Positions 19,858 through 29,247 of a stretch of 64,000 nt of DNA are shown here, piece by piece. The stretch spans positions 67,150 through 131,149 of the forward strand of contig JACRNW010000001.1 in assembly GCA_016214745.1 (NCBI GenBank), given 5' to 3'. Source of the DNA: Candidatus Falkowbacteria bacterium (GTDB lineage: Bacteria > Patescibacteriota > Patescibacteriia > XYB2-FULL-38-15). Made by a program: the position numbers and the translations under genes. Below the pieces are notes generated by a model. That model was not told the DNA's origin and ran no database searches. It saw nothing but the letters and a program-made list of their open reading frames with translations. The number at the start of each line of letters is the position of its first letter. Positions within the stretch are counted from its first letter, which is position 1.

Positions 19858-19930
19858 GGAAGTACCGGCAGTATAGGCAAGACTTAGATCACCGACGTTT
19901 GTTTTAACAGTGGTGGTTGTAAAGGTGTAA
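19785..19930. repeat. ~145-bp repeat copy 2, identical to 12296-12440. Spans the junction of the two locus-C ORFs
   Basis: Direct comparison. Divergence from copy 1 begins exactly at gttac(ttac)acc. Copy 1 has two TTAC units and copy 2 has one. Confidence 0.85.
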
Positions 19931-21434
19931 CAGCCACGGTTTCAGCATCAGCCATTTCGTTGTTGGCCGGAGAAGTGTCGTCAATCTGACCGGCTGCGGC
20001 AACCGTGTAAGTCGGAGTCACTGTGATGGCGGTGTTAGATGTGGCAGAAACAGTGATGTTTAAATTTAAAATGGCGCTAGCGGTGCCCGCGTAATTAGCG
20101 TTGTCAATAGTAGCCGTGCCGGATGAAGCGACCAGTGTAATGGCCGGGAAGCCATCACCAGCGTTGCCATCAGTCACGTCAGAACTTTCGCTAAAGGTCA
20201 AGACAAGGCGGTCAACCGTACCGTCAGAATTGTTGTCTCCAGTAAGAGCGGAAATGAAAGCCGGAGCGGCGCCATCAGCGCCAACCACGGTCTCGCCATT
20301 GGCCATTTCGTTCACCGTGTCAGAGATGCTGCCCGCGCCAGCTGTGGCATAGGTCGGATCAATCGTGATCGCGGTGTTGCCAGTGGCTGAAACGGAAATA
20401 GTGTAGGTTAAAGTGGTAGTTCCGACCGCGCCATAGACACCGGCGGTGACAGTGGCCGTGCCAGAAGAAGCAACCAAAGTGATATCATCGTCAGTGCCGC
20501 CATCAGTGACAGTCACTGGTTCTGAGAAGGTCATGACTAAGCGGTCAACCGTACCGTCAGAATTGTTGTCTCCAGTAAGAGCGGAAATGAAAGCCGGAGC
20601 GGCGCCGTCGGTGCCAGCTACAGACGCTGTGTTGGCCATTTCGTTGTTGGCCGGGGCGACATCATCAATCTGACCGGCTGGAGCAGTGGTATAGGTTGGA
20701 GTCACGGTTAAGGCCGTATTAGCTGTGACAGAAGTCGTGATGTTTAAAGTCAGGGTAGTCGTAGCGGCGGCGGCGTAGTCAGCGTTGTCAATCGTCGCGG
20801 TGCCAGATGAGGCGGCTAAAGTGATGGCCGGGAAACCGTCGCCAGCGTTGCCGTCAGTCACGTCAGAGCTTTCACTGAAGGTCAAGACAAGGCGATCAAC
20901 TGTGCCGTCGGAGTTAGCGTCGCCGGTAAGAGCGGAAATGAAAGCGGGTTTAGCGCCATCGGCACCAACCACGGTTGCAAGGTTGGCCATTTCAGTGCTC
21001 GTCGCCGTATCTGCAATCAGGCCAGCTGGAGCAGTAGCGTAGGTTGGGTCAATAGTAATGGCAGTGTTGCCTGTTGCGCTCACGGTAATATTTAATGTTA
21101 AAGTTGGAACATTTAGCGCTCCGTAATCAGCGTTGTCAATCGTCGCGGTGCCGGATGAGGCGGCTAAAGTGATAGCCGGGAAACCGTCGCCAGCGTTGCC
21201 GTCAGTGATGTCAACGTTTTCCGAAAAAGTGATTACAAGCCGGTCAACAGTTCCATCCGCGTTATTGTCGACCGTGACAGCTGAACTCATTGTGGGCTGG
21301 GCCGCCAAAGCTGGCAAAACTCCTGGATTTTGAGGGGTTGGCATGGTAAAGGTTGCTACCAAGCCAATCACTAAAAATATTACCACCGACCATGGCAATA
21401 CTTTGAAAAACCCTTTTTTGATCTTTTCTGCCAT
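19884..21434 (-). CDS. N-terminal portion of split locus C. Signal anchor plus four ~114-aa tandem repeats
   Basis: MAEKIKKGFFKVLPWSVVIFLVIGLV is near-identical to the locus B N-terminus. Repeats of PAFISALTGD(A/N)NSDGTVDRLV(L/M)TFSE...GNAGDGFPAITL(A/V)ASSGTATIDNA. Ends ...ETVAVTPLQPPLLKQTSVI*, which is a frameshifted read of the module-M repeat. Confidence 0.65.
   Translation of the reverse strand: MAEKIKKGFFKVLPWSVVIFLVIGLVATFTMPTPQNPGVLPALAAQPTMSSAVTVDNNADGTVDRLVITFSENVDITDGNAGDGFPAITLAASSGTATIDNADYGALNVPTLTLNITVSATGNTAITIDPTYATAPAGLIADTATSTEMANLATVVGADGAKPAFISALTGDANSDGTVDRLVLTFSESSDVTDGNAGDGFPAITLAASSGTATIDNADYAAAATTTLTLNITTSVTANTALTVTPTYTTAPAGQIDDVAPANNEMANTASVAGTDGAAPAFISALTGDNNSDGTVDRLVMTFSEPVTVTDGGTDDDITLVASSGTATVTAGVYGAVGTTTLTYTISVSATGNTAITIDPTYATAGAGSISDTVNEMANGETVVGADGAAPAFISALTGDNNSDGTVDRLVLTFSESSDVTDGNAGDGFPAITLVASSGTATIDNANYAGTASAILNLNITVSATSNTAITVTPTYTVAAAGQIDDTSPANNEMADAETVAVTPLQPPLLKQTSVI
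19990..21340. repeat. four tandem ~342-bp coding repeats
   Basis: The spurious plus-strand ORFs at 20101, 20446, 20785 and 21133 all start MSIVAVPDEA.../MTVAVPEEA..., which reveals the period. The protein repeats were aligned by eye. Confidence 0.65.
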
Positions 21435-21466
21435 ATTTTTGAGTTTACGAATTATGAATTGGGAAC

Positions 21467-21488
21467 TGCGAATAAAATTTTATTCGCA
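21467..21488. promoter_or_regulatory. perfect 22-bp palindrome TGCGAATAAAATTTTATTCGCA upstream of locus C
   Basis: Exact reverse-complement symmetry. Sits 33 bp upstream of the 21434 start codon and is flanked by GAATT...AATTC. Confidence 0.45.
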
Positions 21489-21847
21489 ATTAATTCGGCA
21501 ATTCGTCTTTTTATAATTCCTAGCGAGTCCGCAAGCGGTCCGCCTCGGCGGAACATTTGGGACGAGCGACGGAATTTCAAGCGCTGTAGCGCTTATTTTT
21601 CCCGCAAAACAAATGTTCTCGCGGGATAAAGTTATATTTAATTAAATTTATTAGTTAAATTGTCAATTAAACAACAAAAAAATGCCTAAAATTTTAAGCA
21701 TTAACCAAGTCTCTCCCCCTAGAGAAACTTAAAACTAATTCGTTCGTTTGCGAAACGACAAGCACGGGACGATTCATATGAATTTAATCTTCTTTTATTT
21801 TATCACAAAAAAATGAGTCGGTCAAGAGGAAAGTTATCCACAACTTT

Positions 21848-23530
21848 CTAAAATCCTTTATCCTGGTCAATTGTCGCTATCGCCTGCTCTGCCGCTAAAT
21901 TGTAGTCCACGGCGAGATTGATGTCGGCGCCGTAATTGTAGTTCGTAGCAAACACTTCCGGCACGGCAACAATTTTCTTTTCCCAATCCGTACCGAAGAT
22001 CGTGCTCGCCGCATCGGCGGTTTTAACCCAGTGCAAAATTCCGCCGCGGCTTACGGCGTAAACTTTTGGATCCATCACGCGCCAGGGCGTATCCATACTG
22101 ACAACCTGGACCAACTTTCCGGGCCGCACCGTGACGTTGCCGCTTGTCGGCACAGCGGCAAGATCCGCGTCGGAGATTGTTTTAATGGAAGAAAAACCGG
22201 TGAACCATGAGGAATAAATCGCGGCGGTCGGAAAAATGTATCGTCTTCCATCGGAGGCGTAATAGTAAACGGCTGTGCTCGCAGTTCCTTTAATTAAGTC
22301 TCCAGCATGAAAAGAAACGGCGGTAAAAGTTAAAGTCGGTTTTTGGTCTAAAGTCACGACGCCGACTTTCGCGGTCAAAGTTGAAACGCCCGCCGCGGTT
22401 CCCGTGACTTCAAAAGTGGCCAGGCCGTCCGCGCCGGTTAATTCTTTGGTGGCTCTAATATTGTCAGTTGAACGATCGGAAGTTAAGGAGACAGTTTTTC
22501 CTGAAAGCGCGTTGCCGGCTAAATTTTTAACTAATACCGTGACAAATGCTCTTGTCGCGCCGTCGGCCGGAAGAATGGCAGGCGTGACAGAAACCGTGGA
22601 AGCGGCGGCCGAGGCCGAGACTGTCGCGGTTTGATCAACCGTTACAATAGTCCCCTGCCCGATGGTTTCGGCGTTGCCGAGCCAGTCGGCGCCTTGCGTT
22701 TTGATCGTGTAAGTTCCATCCGTAATATTTGTCCAGTTATATTCCCAGTCTGAATAATTGGTGCCGGTGTTTGTAACATCAACCCAAGAACCAGCCGAAC
22801 TGCCGGAACTTATCAAAATTTGGAGTGAAGCCAGAGTTGAACCGCCCTGATCGCGCGCCACGCCAATAATTTTGAAACTTGAAGTGGTGATAATCGTTCC
22901 TGCCGAGGGAGATGTAATCACGGTTTTGGGCGCGCTCGTATCATAGTTTGAAACCCAAATAGTTTGAATATATGGATTTATAATTCCATCCGCGACACCG
23001 GTTGCTCCGGCTAAAAACAAACCCGAATCACCGAGGTCAAACCGACCAACCGTTCCACCGTCAATAAGGAGAGGCACTTTCATTTGGACCGATTTATTCG
23101 CCACGATCGCGCCTTTTGTTCCGGTTTCAATGCTCACAAAAATCCGAAGACCGGAAGCAGGCACGGCTTTTTGCAATCCTGATAAATACCAATAACCGCC
23201 GGTTTCGTAGCGAGTCGCCTCGCCCAATTTTTCATCAACCGCCATGCCCTGAAAACCGGATGCTCCGGCGTCTGTCCAAACGACAACTTTTCCAAAATCC
23301 CAACCCCGGGCCGTGCCGTCATTTTGCAAAGTCAGGGCGTTTAAAACATCAGCCGACCCGTCGGCTCGCGCGACGGTAAAATCCATAACCAGTTTGTCAA
23401 ACTCCGAAGGATAAAAAATCGCGACCGGCGCGCCGGTGTTTGTGACGGTGATTGTTTCAGCGGCGGAGACGGGGAGGAGAGCAAAAACGAATAAAATAAT
23501 TAAAAAAATGGAAATTCTTTTTGACACCAT
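21848..23530 (-). CDS. secreted surface protein with a Big_1-like domain and the conserved C-terminal domain (type II)
   Basis: MVSKRISIFLIILFVFALLPVSA signal peptide. ...SGKTVSLTSDRSTDNIRATKELTGADGLATFEVTG (Big_1). C-terminus GDLIKGTASTAVYYYASDGRRYIFPTAAIYSSWF... Confidence 0.7.
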   Translation of the reverse strand: MVSKRISIFLIILFVFALLPVSAAETITVTNTGAPVAIFYPSEFDKLVMDFTVARADGSADVLNALTLQNDGTARGWDFGKVVVWTDAGASGFQGMAVDEKLGEATRYETGGYWYLSGLQKAVPASGLRIFVSIETGTKGAIVANKSVQMKVPLLIDGGTVGRFDLGDSGLFLAGATGVADGIINPYIQTIWVSNYDTSAPKTVITSPSAGTIITTSSFKIIGVARDQGGSTLASLQILISSGSSAGSWVDVTNTGTNYSDWEYNWTNITDGTYTIKTQGADWLGNAETIGQGTIVTVDQTATVSASAAASTVSVTPAILPADGATRAFVTVLVKNLAGNALSGKTVSLTSDRSTDNIRATKELTGADGLATFEVTGTAAGVSTLTAKVGVVTLDQKPTLTFTAVSFHAGDLIKGTASTAVYYYASDGRRYIFPTAAIYSSWFTGFSSIKTISDADLAAVPTSGNVTVRPGKLVQVVSMDTPWRVMDPKVYAVSRGGILHWVKTADAASTIFGTDWEKKIVAVPEVFATNYNYGADINLAVDYNLAAEQAIATIDQDKGF

Positions 23531-23582
23531 AGAGTTTAAAGTGAAAAGTTAAAAGTTAAAAATTACAATTAAAAATTAAAAG

Positions 23583-23960
23583 TTATTTACGGCCCTTAAA
23601 TTTCAAAATACTTGACCCCAAAAGATTTGCAATTTCCGTAACTTCGACCAATAACTTATTGATTGCGACCCTGTCTCCCTTACCGCTGTCGCGAAGTAAT
23701 GCCAACCAATATTTTGTTTCATTGGCAGATTTTAACGCGATATTTATAAAATTGGTGAAATCTTTTTTAGATCCACAGGCCTGTGCTTCAATAATATTTG
23801 CTCCAATGCTCGTTGCGCTACGAAGCATTTGTCTAACTATTACTTGGACGGAAAAATCCTTCTTATCAAGTTGATCTATAAATCGAATAATAGCCAAAGA
23901 AAACCTATAAACTTTTTCTTTTAGAAAAGTTTTATATTCTTTATTGTCCATAACTTTCAA
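23583..23960 (-). CDS. four-helix-bundle protein (23S rRNA intervening-sequence protein family, PF05635)
   Basis: Family-typical FSLAIIRFIDQL...RQMLRSATSIGANIIEAQAC...ALKSANETKYWLALL. Confidence 0.7.
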   Translation of the reverse strand: MKVMDNKEYKTFLKEKVYRFSLAIIRFIDQLDKKDFSVQVIVRQMLRSATSIGANIIEAQACGSKKDFTNFINIALKSANETKYWLALLRDSGKGDRVAINKLLVEVTEIANLLGSSILKFKGRK

Positions 23961-23998
23961 CTTTTAACTGTAACTTTACATTTTACAATTTTAACTTT

Positions 23999-24658
23999 TC
24001 ACTTTTTCAATTCCTCCAGCTCGTTCTTCGCCGTGGTGTTTTCCGGATCAAGTTCAATCAACCGCTCATACCAGCGGATCGCCTCTTCTTCCGGTCCAAA
24101 ATCTTTGTAATAAATGGCAAGCGGCCCGACAAAATAAAGTTCATTTTCTGAATTGGCCTCCAGTCCTCTCTTTAAAATGCTCGGGATTTCAATTTTTCTT
24201 TCCGGCATTTGATAGCGGTAAAGATCAGCCAAACTGCGATAAGCGGCAAGCCACTTTGGATCACTTTCCATAACTTTCACGTAGGCGCCGGCGGCCTCGG
24301 CGTATTGTTCATTTCTGGTATAAAGTTCGGCAATATTCATTAAAAGCAATGTGTCGTCCGGCTTCACTTCTAGTGCTGATTCGTAAAGTTTAATCGCGTC
24401 TTCCAATTTGCCATTATCTTTTTTCCAGGCGGCAATTTTTATGTAAGCGCTTGTGTCTGACGGATCATTTTTTAAAGTGTCATAAGCCGCTTGAATATCC
24501 GCCGGCAGTTCTTCTTTTTCGCCGGAAAATAAAGAAACAACATAATTTCTAAGATCCCCCATCTTTCCCTGCCAACTCCAGGTTTTCCATGCAAATAAAC
24601 CGCCCGCGATTAAAATAATAACGACGACAATCAAAATAATTTTCAATTTTTTGGTCAT
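23999..24658 (-). CDS. membrane-anchored TPR-repeat protein
   Basis: N-terminal TM helix followed by several AxxxYxxAlxxxP TPR-like repeats. Confidence 0.6.
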   Translation of the reverse strand: MTKKLKIILIVVVIILIAGGLFAWKTWSWQGKMGDLRNYVVSLFSGEKEELPADIQAAYDTLKNDPSDTSAYIKIAAWKKDNGKLEDAIKLYESALEVKPDDTLLLMNIAELYTRNEQYAEAAGAYVKVMESDPKWLAAYRSLADLYRYQMPERKIEIPSILKRGLEANSENELYFVGPLAIYYKDFGPEEEAIRWYERLIELDPENTTAKNELEELKK

Positions 24659-24692
24659 AGGTTTTTGGATTTAGTTTATTTTTTAATATTTT

Positions 24693-24750
24693 GGGAGTCC
24701 TGCCTTTAGGCAGAGACTGGAGTTTGTCTCGCCCTAAAGGGCGGTCTCCG
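24693..24750. repeat. REP-like hairpin pair (types A and B) flanking the RAYT gene
   Basis: GGAGTCCTGCCTTTAGGCAGAGAC and GTCTCGCCCTAAAGGGCGGTCTCC. Each folds as a GC stem with a TTTA/TAAA loop. Type B is roughly the reverse complement of type A. Confidence 0.6.
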
Positions 24751-25285
24751 GTTCGTTAGTTATAAAATCAACAATCGGATATAATTCAAAACACGAGTCA
24801 AACCACTCTTCTCCTTTTATTTTACTCCAACTTTTCGCGCTTGAAAAGGGATAACCAAAAACGCCGACCAAATTTTTACAAAACCCATGTTTTATTGGAT
24901 TTTGGTGAATGTAATTAAAATGTTTCCAAAAATCCGCTTCGTCGCGGATTGAATGGTCAAAATATTGATACCAGATTTTACGGCCTTTCTCATTTTCCGA
25001 TTTATTTAATTCAAAAGAGCTTTTGCCGTTAATGAAGTTAATAAATTTAGATAAATTTTCTCCGTTAAAAATTTTAAACAACAAATGGAAATGATTATCT
25101 AACAACACCCAGGCGTATAAATGAATCTCAAATTTTCGGAGTCCTGCCTTTAGGCAGAGACAAAATAATTTCTTTTTAGAATCCATGTCAAAATATGGTT
25201 TCCGGTCCACAGTTCTCGCGGTAATAGAATAAATTGTGTTGTCGAAAAAAATATGTGGCGGATGGTGATGTTGCGAGTGAAGCAT
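24734..25285 (-). CDS. REP-associated tyrosine transposase (RAYT; IS200/IS605 Y1-transposase-like)
   Basis: IHLYAWVLLDNHFHLLF is the HuH motif. 183 aa, flanked by REP hairpins. Confidence 0.68.
   Translation of the reverse strand: MLHSQHHHPPHIFFDNTIYSITARTVDRKPYFDMDSKKKLFCLCLKAGLRKFEIHLYAWVLLDNHFHLLFKIFNGENLSKFINFINGKSSFELNKSENEKGRKIWYQYFDHSIRDEADFWKHFNYIHQNPIKHGFCKNLVGVFGYPFSSAKSWSKIKGEEWFDSCFELYPIVDFITNEPETAL
25139..25162. repeat. REP type-A copy lying inside the RAYT coding sequence (in frame, encodes LFCLCLKAGL)
   Basis: The 24-nt ggagtcctgcctttaggcagagac is identical to 24694-24717. Confidence 0.6.
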
Positions 25286-25293
25286 ATGGTTTT

Positions 25294-25401
25294 GGTCTCG
25301 CCCTAAAGGGCGGACTCCGGTGAAATTGAGAGACGGACTCCGGCTTGGAGTCCTGGCTTTAGCCAGAGACCATTGTCGTCTCGCCCTAAAGGGCGGCCTC
25401 C
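25294..25401. repeat. REP-like hairpin cluster (B, A-variant, B) on the other side of the RAYT gene
   Basis: ggtctcgccctaaagggcggactcc ... ggagtcctggctttagccagagac ... gtctcgccctaaagggcggcctcc, plus the GGACTCCggcttGGAGTCC palindrome. Confidence 0.6.
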
Positions 25402-25479
25402 AATTTTATTTTACCACAAAATCAAAGCGACCCGGTCGAATGACCGGGCCGCTTTTTTCTATATCAACGAATTCGGAGA

Positions 25480-28400
25480 TTAGTAGCTCAAGCTTCCGCC
25501 AGAGAGAGGCAGATTCTTGGTCGCTGGATACGTGCTTGACGCTGAACCAGTCCTATCGCCGACATCGGTGCCAGAGCTGTCACGATATGTCACACCATAA
25601 ACGGTGGTCATATTCGTGCCATCTGGACCAACAGTCATCTGGTAGGTCTTGGTTGAGAGAGCGCCAGTTGTGTCACCAAAGATTCTGATGACTTTCGTGG
25701 TGCCAGCCGCAACTTGGAGGTTGTTATCCGTAGTCCAAGCGCCAGCGCACAGATCGCCAGTGCCGTCAGCCGCGCCGACCGTACAACCGAAGATACCGAT
25801 TGATATTGTCGCAGCGGACTCAAGGCAGACGTTCGCAGACGCGCTGTAAGTGTTACAGTTCGCGCCTGTTAACGTGGCATAAGTTGTGCCAAGATCATCG
25901 CTCTTCACAGTGAGAGTGTCAGTACCAGTGATAGTCGCGGTACCGCCATTCTTCAATTCCAGTTCTCTGATGGTGACATCATCGCCAGTGGCAGTAAGGT
26001 TCAGTCTTAAGACTTCCTTATTGGAACCAGCGGTTTGAGTGCCGGAAGGTGAAGAAGCGTTCAAGCTGACAGTCAAGATACCTTTGTGAGCGCTGAAGCC
26101 GTTTGAACCGAAGTTCTGGGAGACGGCCGTCGTACCAACGCTGTTAATGGTATTTTTGTCAATCGTCGCGCCTGAAGATTGGCCAGTGGCGATTATCCAG
26201 TAGTCGCCGTTCACACCAGCCGCATCGGCCCAAGTATTATCTTTATTCTGGGTCGTACCAGCAGCGCCAGCGCACTCAATACCAATCTGGATGACAGCGC
26301 CGGAAGAAGTCGTCACCTGAGTCTTGTCAGGCAAATCGGCCTTCAGGGTGATAGTCTTGTAGCTATCCTTTGGAATGACCAAAGTTCCGCTATCCAAGAC
26401 GACTGAAGCGCGGCCGTTGGCATCCAAAGTGTAACCCGAGGTGTTGCCAACTAAGGCGCCGTCAGCGTAAACATAAAGTTTCGCGATGTTGCCTAAAGTG
26501 CAGGCAGTGCCAGCCTGGGCGTTATTACCGCAGTAGAGGCCGATTGTCGTCACGTCAACTGGCTCATATTGAGTGGTGAATTTGTATTTCGCCACTTCAT
26601 TGGCCATTGAAGACGAAACGAGCTGCGCGGCAGACGGCATATCAGCCGCCTTTTCAACCTTCAAAGTGCCTGACGCGCGGAGCGTCTGGGCTTGGCCAGC
26701 GCCAGTGACAGACTTGCTGGCAGTGTTGCCAGTTGTCGCGCCAATGGCTGTAACATCGCCACCTGCGGCGACGTTGAAGGCGTGAGTATCAGCAGTGCCG
26801 TCAGTATCCGCATCGTAGGCGGTTGTGACGTCAGCTTTCAAAGTCAAGCGAGAAATCGCAGTCTTTGAAACGACGATCGGGGTCTGGAAGGTGAAGGTCG
26901 TGGTGAGACCATTGGTCGCCGTTGAGTTGGAAGTGGCTAAGCGTTCGTTGACCACTGTGGCGTCAGTGTTGTCCGGATCGCCCCAGAGTTCAAGGTTGTT
27001 CAAACCAGTGTAGAGAGTGCAGGTCACAGGACCAGCAGCGGCAACGCAAGTGTCAGTCACTTTAACGGAGCTGACTCTAATATTTTCACCGCCGGCTGAA
27101 GCGTCAAGATCAAGATAAGCAAAGATCTGATCTTGAGCGTTAATCACCATGCTGCCAACGACCGGGGTCGCGGCTGTGGTAATTGCTAAGACCGGACCCT
27201 GCAAGGTCATAGTGTTGCCAGTAATAGCAGTAGCCGGAGGAACAACAGCGCCAGTTGAAGTGGTGTAAGTGGTTTTGCCGGAATTCGCGCCTTTGCCCGT
27301 AATAGCAGTGACCGCCATAGAAACAACAATCGTGTTGCCAGCAGTCATGTTCGTGGACAAATTCGCTTTGGCATAGACCACAGTTGTGCCAATCGGCAAG
27401 GTATAACCATCGGTGACGGTTAAAGTTTCCGCGCCCACGCTTGTGTGGGTGGTATCACCGTCTTTTGGACCAGCCAAAATGGTGCCATCAGCCTTGACCA
27501 ACGTGAAATTCGTCACGTTTGTTCTGATACCAGTGCCGGCAGTGCCCGTGCCATCAGCAGTAGTGTAGGTCACTATTGTCTGAGTGACATTGATCGGCTC
27601 GCCAGCCACGGTGAAATCAAAGGCCATCAAAGAAACGTTCGTTCCGCCGACCGGAATTTTACCGGTGGCTGGAGCTGAAGCGCTCTTTGAAACTGTTAAG
27701 TAGCCCTGATTGATGGTCTGTCTTTGACAGGTGTAATCGGTCACACCAGTGTCGCAGAAAGCAGTCGTATTGGTAAAGGTCGGAGCAATACCAAAGTTAA
27801 AGGTTCCGCCCTTTATCATGCCGGCGAATGATGTGCCATCATGAACGTCAAAGCCAATTGTTCTGCCAGAACCGCCAGCCATATCAGCCTTAATTGACAA
27901 TTCAACATAGGCGCCTTTGGCCACTGTCAAGTTCAGGCTTGAAAACACAGCTTTGCTGTTTGAATCCAAACCAGTGACAGTTCCTAAAGAAGTGCCAGCT
28001 GTATCATTGAAGAGTTCAATATTCTTGACATCGGTATTGGCAGCTGTGCCATTCTTGATGGCAGTGATCTGCTCAATAACCAACGGTTCGGTTGAACCAG
28101 CAGCGATTCTGATCTGTGAGAATCTGAAACCAACCGCGGCCGGATCAATTCCGACATCGCCTGACGAGGCGCCCGGATTTAACGGACCGCCAGAAATCGT
28201 GGCGCTGCCGATTGAAGTGTTGACCAAAGACATTGTGTTGCCGTTAACCGGGAATGTTCCGGAAACGGTCGCAGTGGTCGTAATGTCTGACGCGAGGGCA
28301 ATGCCCAAGACGTGCTGGTCAAACGCCGTCGCGACGGCAATATCAGCACCCAAAACAACCGCTTTTGTGGTGCCGGCCGAAACGACGATCGGGTTTGAAG

Positions 28401-29247
28401 TCAGAGAAAAGGTTGCTTGATGGACTGAACCTAAGCTCTGTGAAGTGCCGCGTTGCACGCCGTCAACAAAAAGTTTGATGGCGCTCAAGTTCGCGTCAAT
28501 ACCAAGTCCTGATCTCGTCACCTTGAGGCCGGTGATTGTTGCATCAGCCGCGCCCGCGGTGAAATTAACTTTCGTGAAGTAAACGTTAGCCGCGCCTTTC
28601 GGTACTGAAGCGGCTGCCGGAGTGTCTGAAGCTAAAGCAATCGATAAGCCGCCCGTTCCGGAAACGCCGGTCAAACCTTTGCACTCATTGATTGAGGCAA
28701 CGGCCTGTTGAGTGGCTAAAGTGTAGTCTCCAGCAGCGTTGATTTCCGCGCCAATTGTGTAATTGGTGAGGAGCGCTTCTGGAATAGCGACAATCTGTGA
28801 TTCCCAAGTCGCGCCAAAGATAGCGACAGCGACGTCCGCGGTTTTAACCCAGCGGAGAACATTGTCTTTTTCAACGGCGTAAACTTTAGGATCCATTACC
28901 ATCCACGGAGAATCCATGCTGACGACCTGGGCTAATTTGCCCGGGCGAACAGTCACGTTACCGCCGAAAGGAATGGCAATTAAATCTGCGTCAGTCATAG
29001 TGGTGACGCCACTGAAAGTGGAGCCATACCATGAGGAATACGCAGCCTGATACGGGAATACGTATCTCTTCGCGTCCGCACCGTAGTAATAAACGGCGGT
29101 GCCAGTGCCCTTAATCAAATCGCCAGAAGTCACGGCGTTAGCAGTCAATGGCAAAGCCAAAGCGCCAACTCCGATTGACCAGACGATTGTTGTAAAGACA
29201 ACGGCGAAAGTAAATACTTTCTTCCCAGTCTTAATCAAATCGTTCAT
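25480..29247 (-). CDS. giant (~1255 aa) secreted surface protein. The conserved domain (type II) is N-terminal here, followed by a long Thr/Gly/Ala-rich beta-rich region
   Basis: Likely start at MNDLIKTGKKVFTFAVVFTTIVWSIGVGALA (signal anchor), then SGDLIKGTGTAVYYYGADAKRYVFPYQAAYSSWY... Confidence 0.68.
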   Translation of the reverse strand: MNDLIKTGKKVFTFAVVFTTIVWSIGVGALALPLTANAVTSGDLIKGTGTAVYYYGADAKRYVFPYQAAYSSWYGSTFSGVTTMTDADLIAIPFGGNVTVRPGKLAQVVSMDSPWMVMDPKVYAVEKDNVLRWVKTADVAVAIFGATWESQIVAIPEALLTNYTIGAEINAAGDYTLATQQAVASINECKGLTGVSGTGGLSIALASDTPAAASVPKGAANVYFTKVNFTAGAADATITGLKVTRSGLGIDANLSAIKLFVDGVQRGTSQSLGSVHQATFSLTSNPIVVSAGTTKAVVLGADIAVATAFDQHVLGIALASDITTTATVSGTFPVNGNTMSLVNTSIGSATISGGPLNPGASSGDVGIDPAAVGFRFSQIRIAAGSTEPLVIEQITAIKNGTAANTDVKNIELFNDTAGTSLGTVTGLDSNSKAVFSSLNLTVAKGAYVELSIKADMAGGSGRTIGFDVHDGTSFAGMIKGGTFNFGIAPTFTNTTAFCDTGVTDYTCQRQTINQGYLTVSKSASAPATGKIPVGGTNVSLMAFDFTVAGEPINVTQTIVTYTTADGTGTAGTGIRTNVTNFTLVKADGTILAGPKDGDTTHTSVGAETLTVTDGYTLPIGTTVVYAKANLSTNMTAGNTIVVSMAVTAITGKGANSGKTTYTTSTGAVVPPATAITGNTMTLQGPVLAITTAATPVVGSMVINAQDQIFAYLDLDASAGGENIRVSSVKVTDTCVAAAGPVTCTLYTGLNNLELWGDPDNTDATVVNERLATSNSTATNGLTTTFTFQTPIVVSKTAISRLTLKADVTTAYDADTDGTADTHAFNVAAGGDVTAIGATTGNTASKSVTGAGQAQTLRASGTLKVEKAADMPSAAQLVSSSMANEVAKYKFTTQYEPVDVTTIGLYCGNNAQAGTACTLGNIAKLYVYADGALVGNTSGYTLDANGRASVVLDSGTLVIPKDSYKTITLKADLPDKTQVTTSSGAVIQIGIECAGAAGTTQNKDNTWADAAGVNGDYWIIATGQSSGATIDKNTINSVGTTAVSQNFGSNGFSAHKGILTVSLNASSPSGTQTAGSNKEVLRLNLTATGDDVTIRELELKNGGTATITGTDTLTVKSDDLGTTYATLTGANCNTYSASANVCLESAATISIGIFGCTVGAADGTGDLCAGAWTTDNNLQVAAGTTKVIRIFGDTTGALSTKTYQMTVGPDGTNMTTVYGVTYRDSSGTDVGDRTGSASSTYPATKNLPLSGGSLSY

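Noticed and set aside
11566-19930. Diversity-generating retroelement (template/variable repeat pair) targeting the surface proteins
   Set aside because: I examined the three copies of the 145-bp module for adenine-specific differences. Copies 1 and 2 are identical, and the diverged copy differs at all base types. No reverse transcriptase gene is present in the window.
25320-25688. Plus-strand 122-aa ORF overlapping the REP cluster and the end of the giant gene
   Set aside because: It spans REP hairpins and the antisense of a well-supported CDS. It has no motif, so it is spurious.
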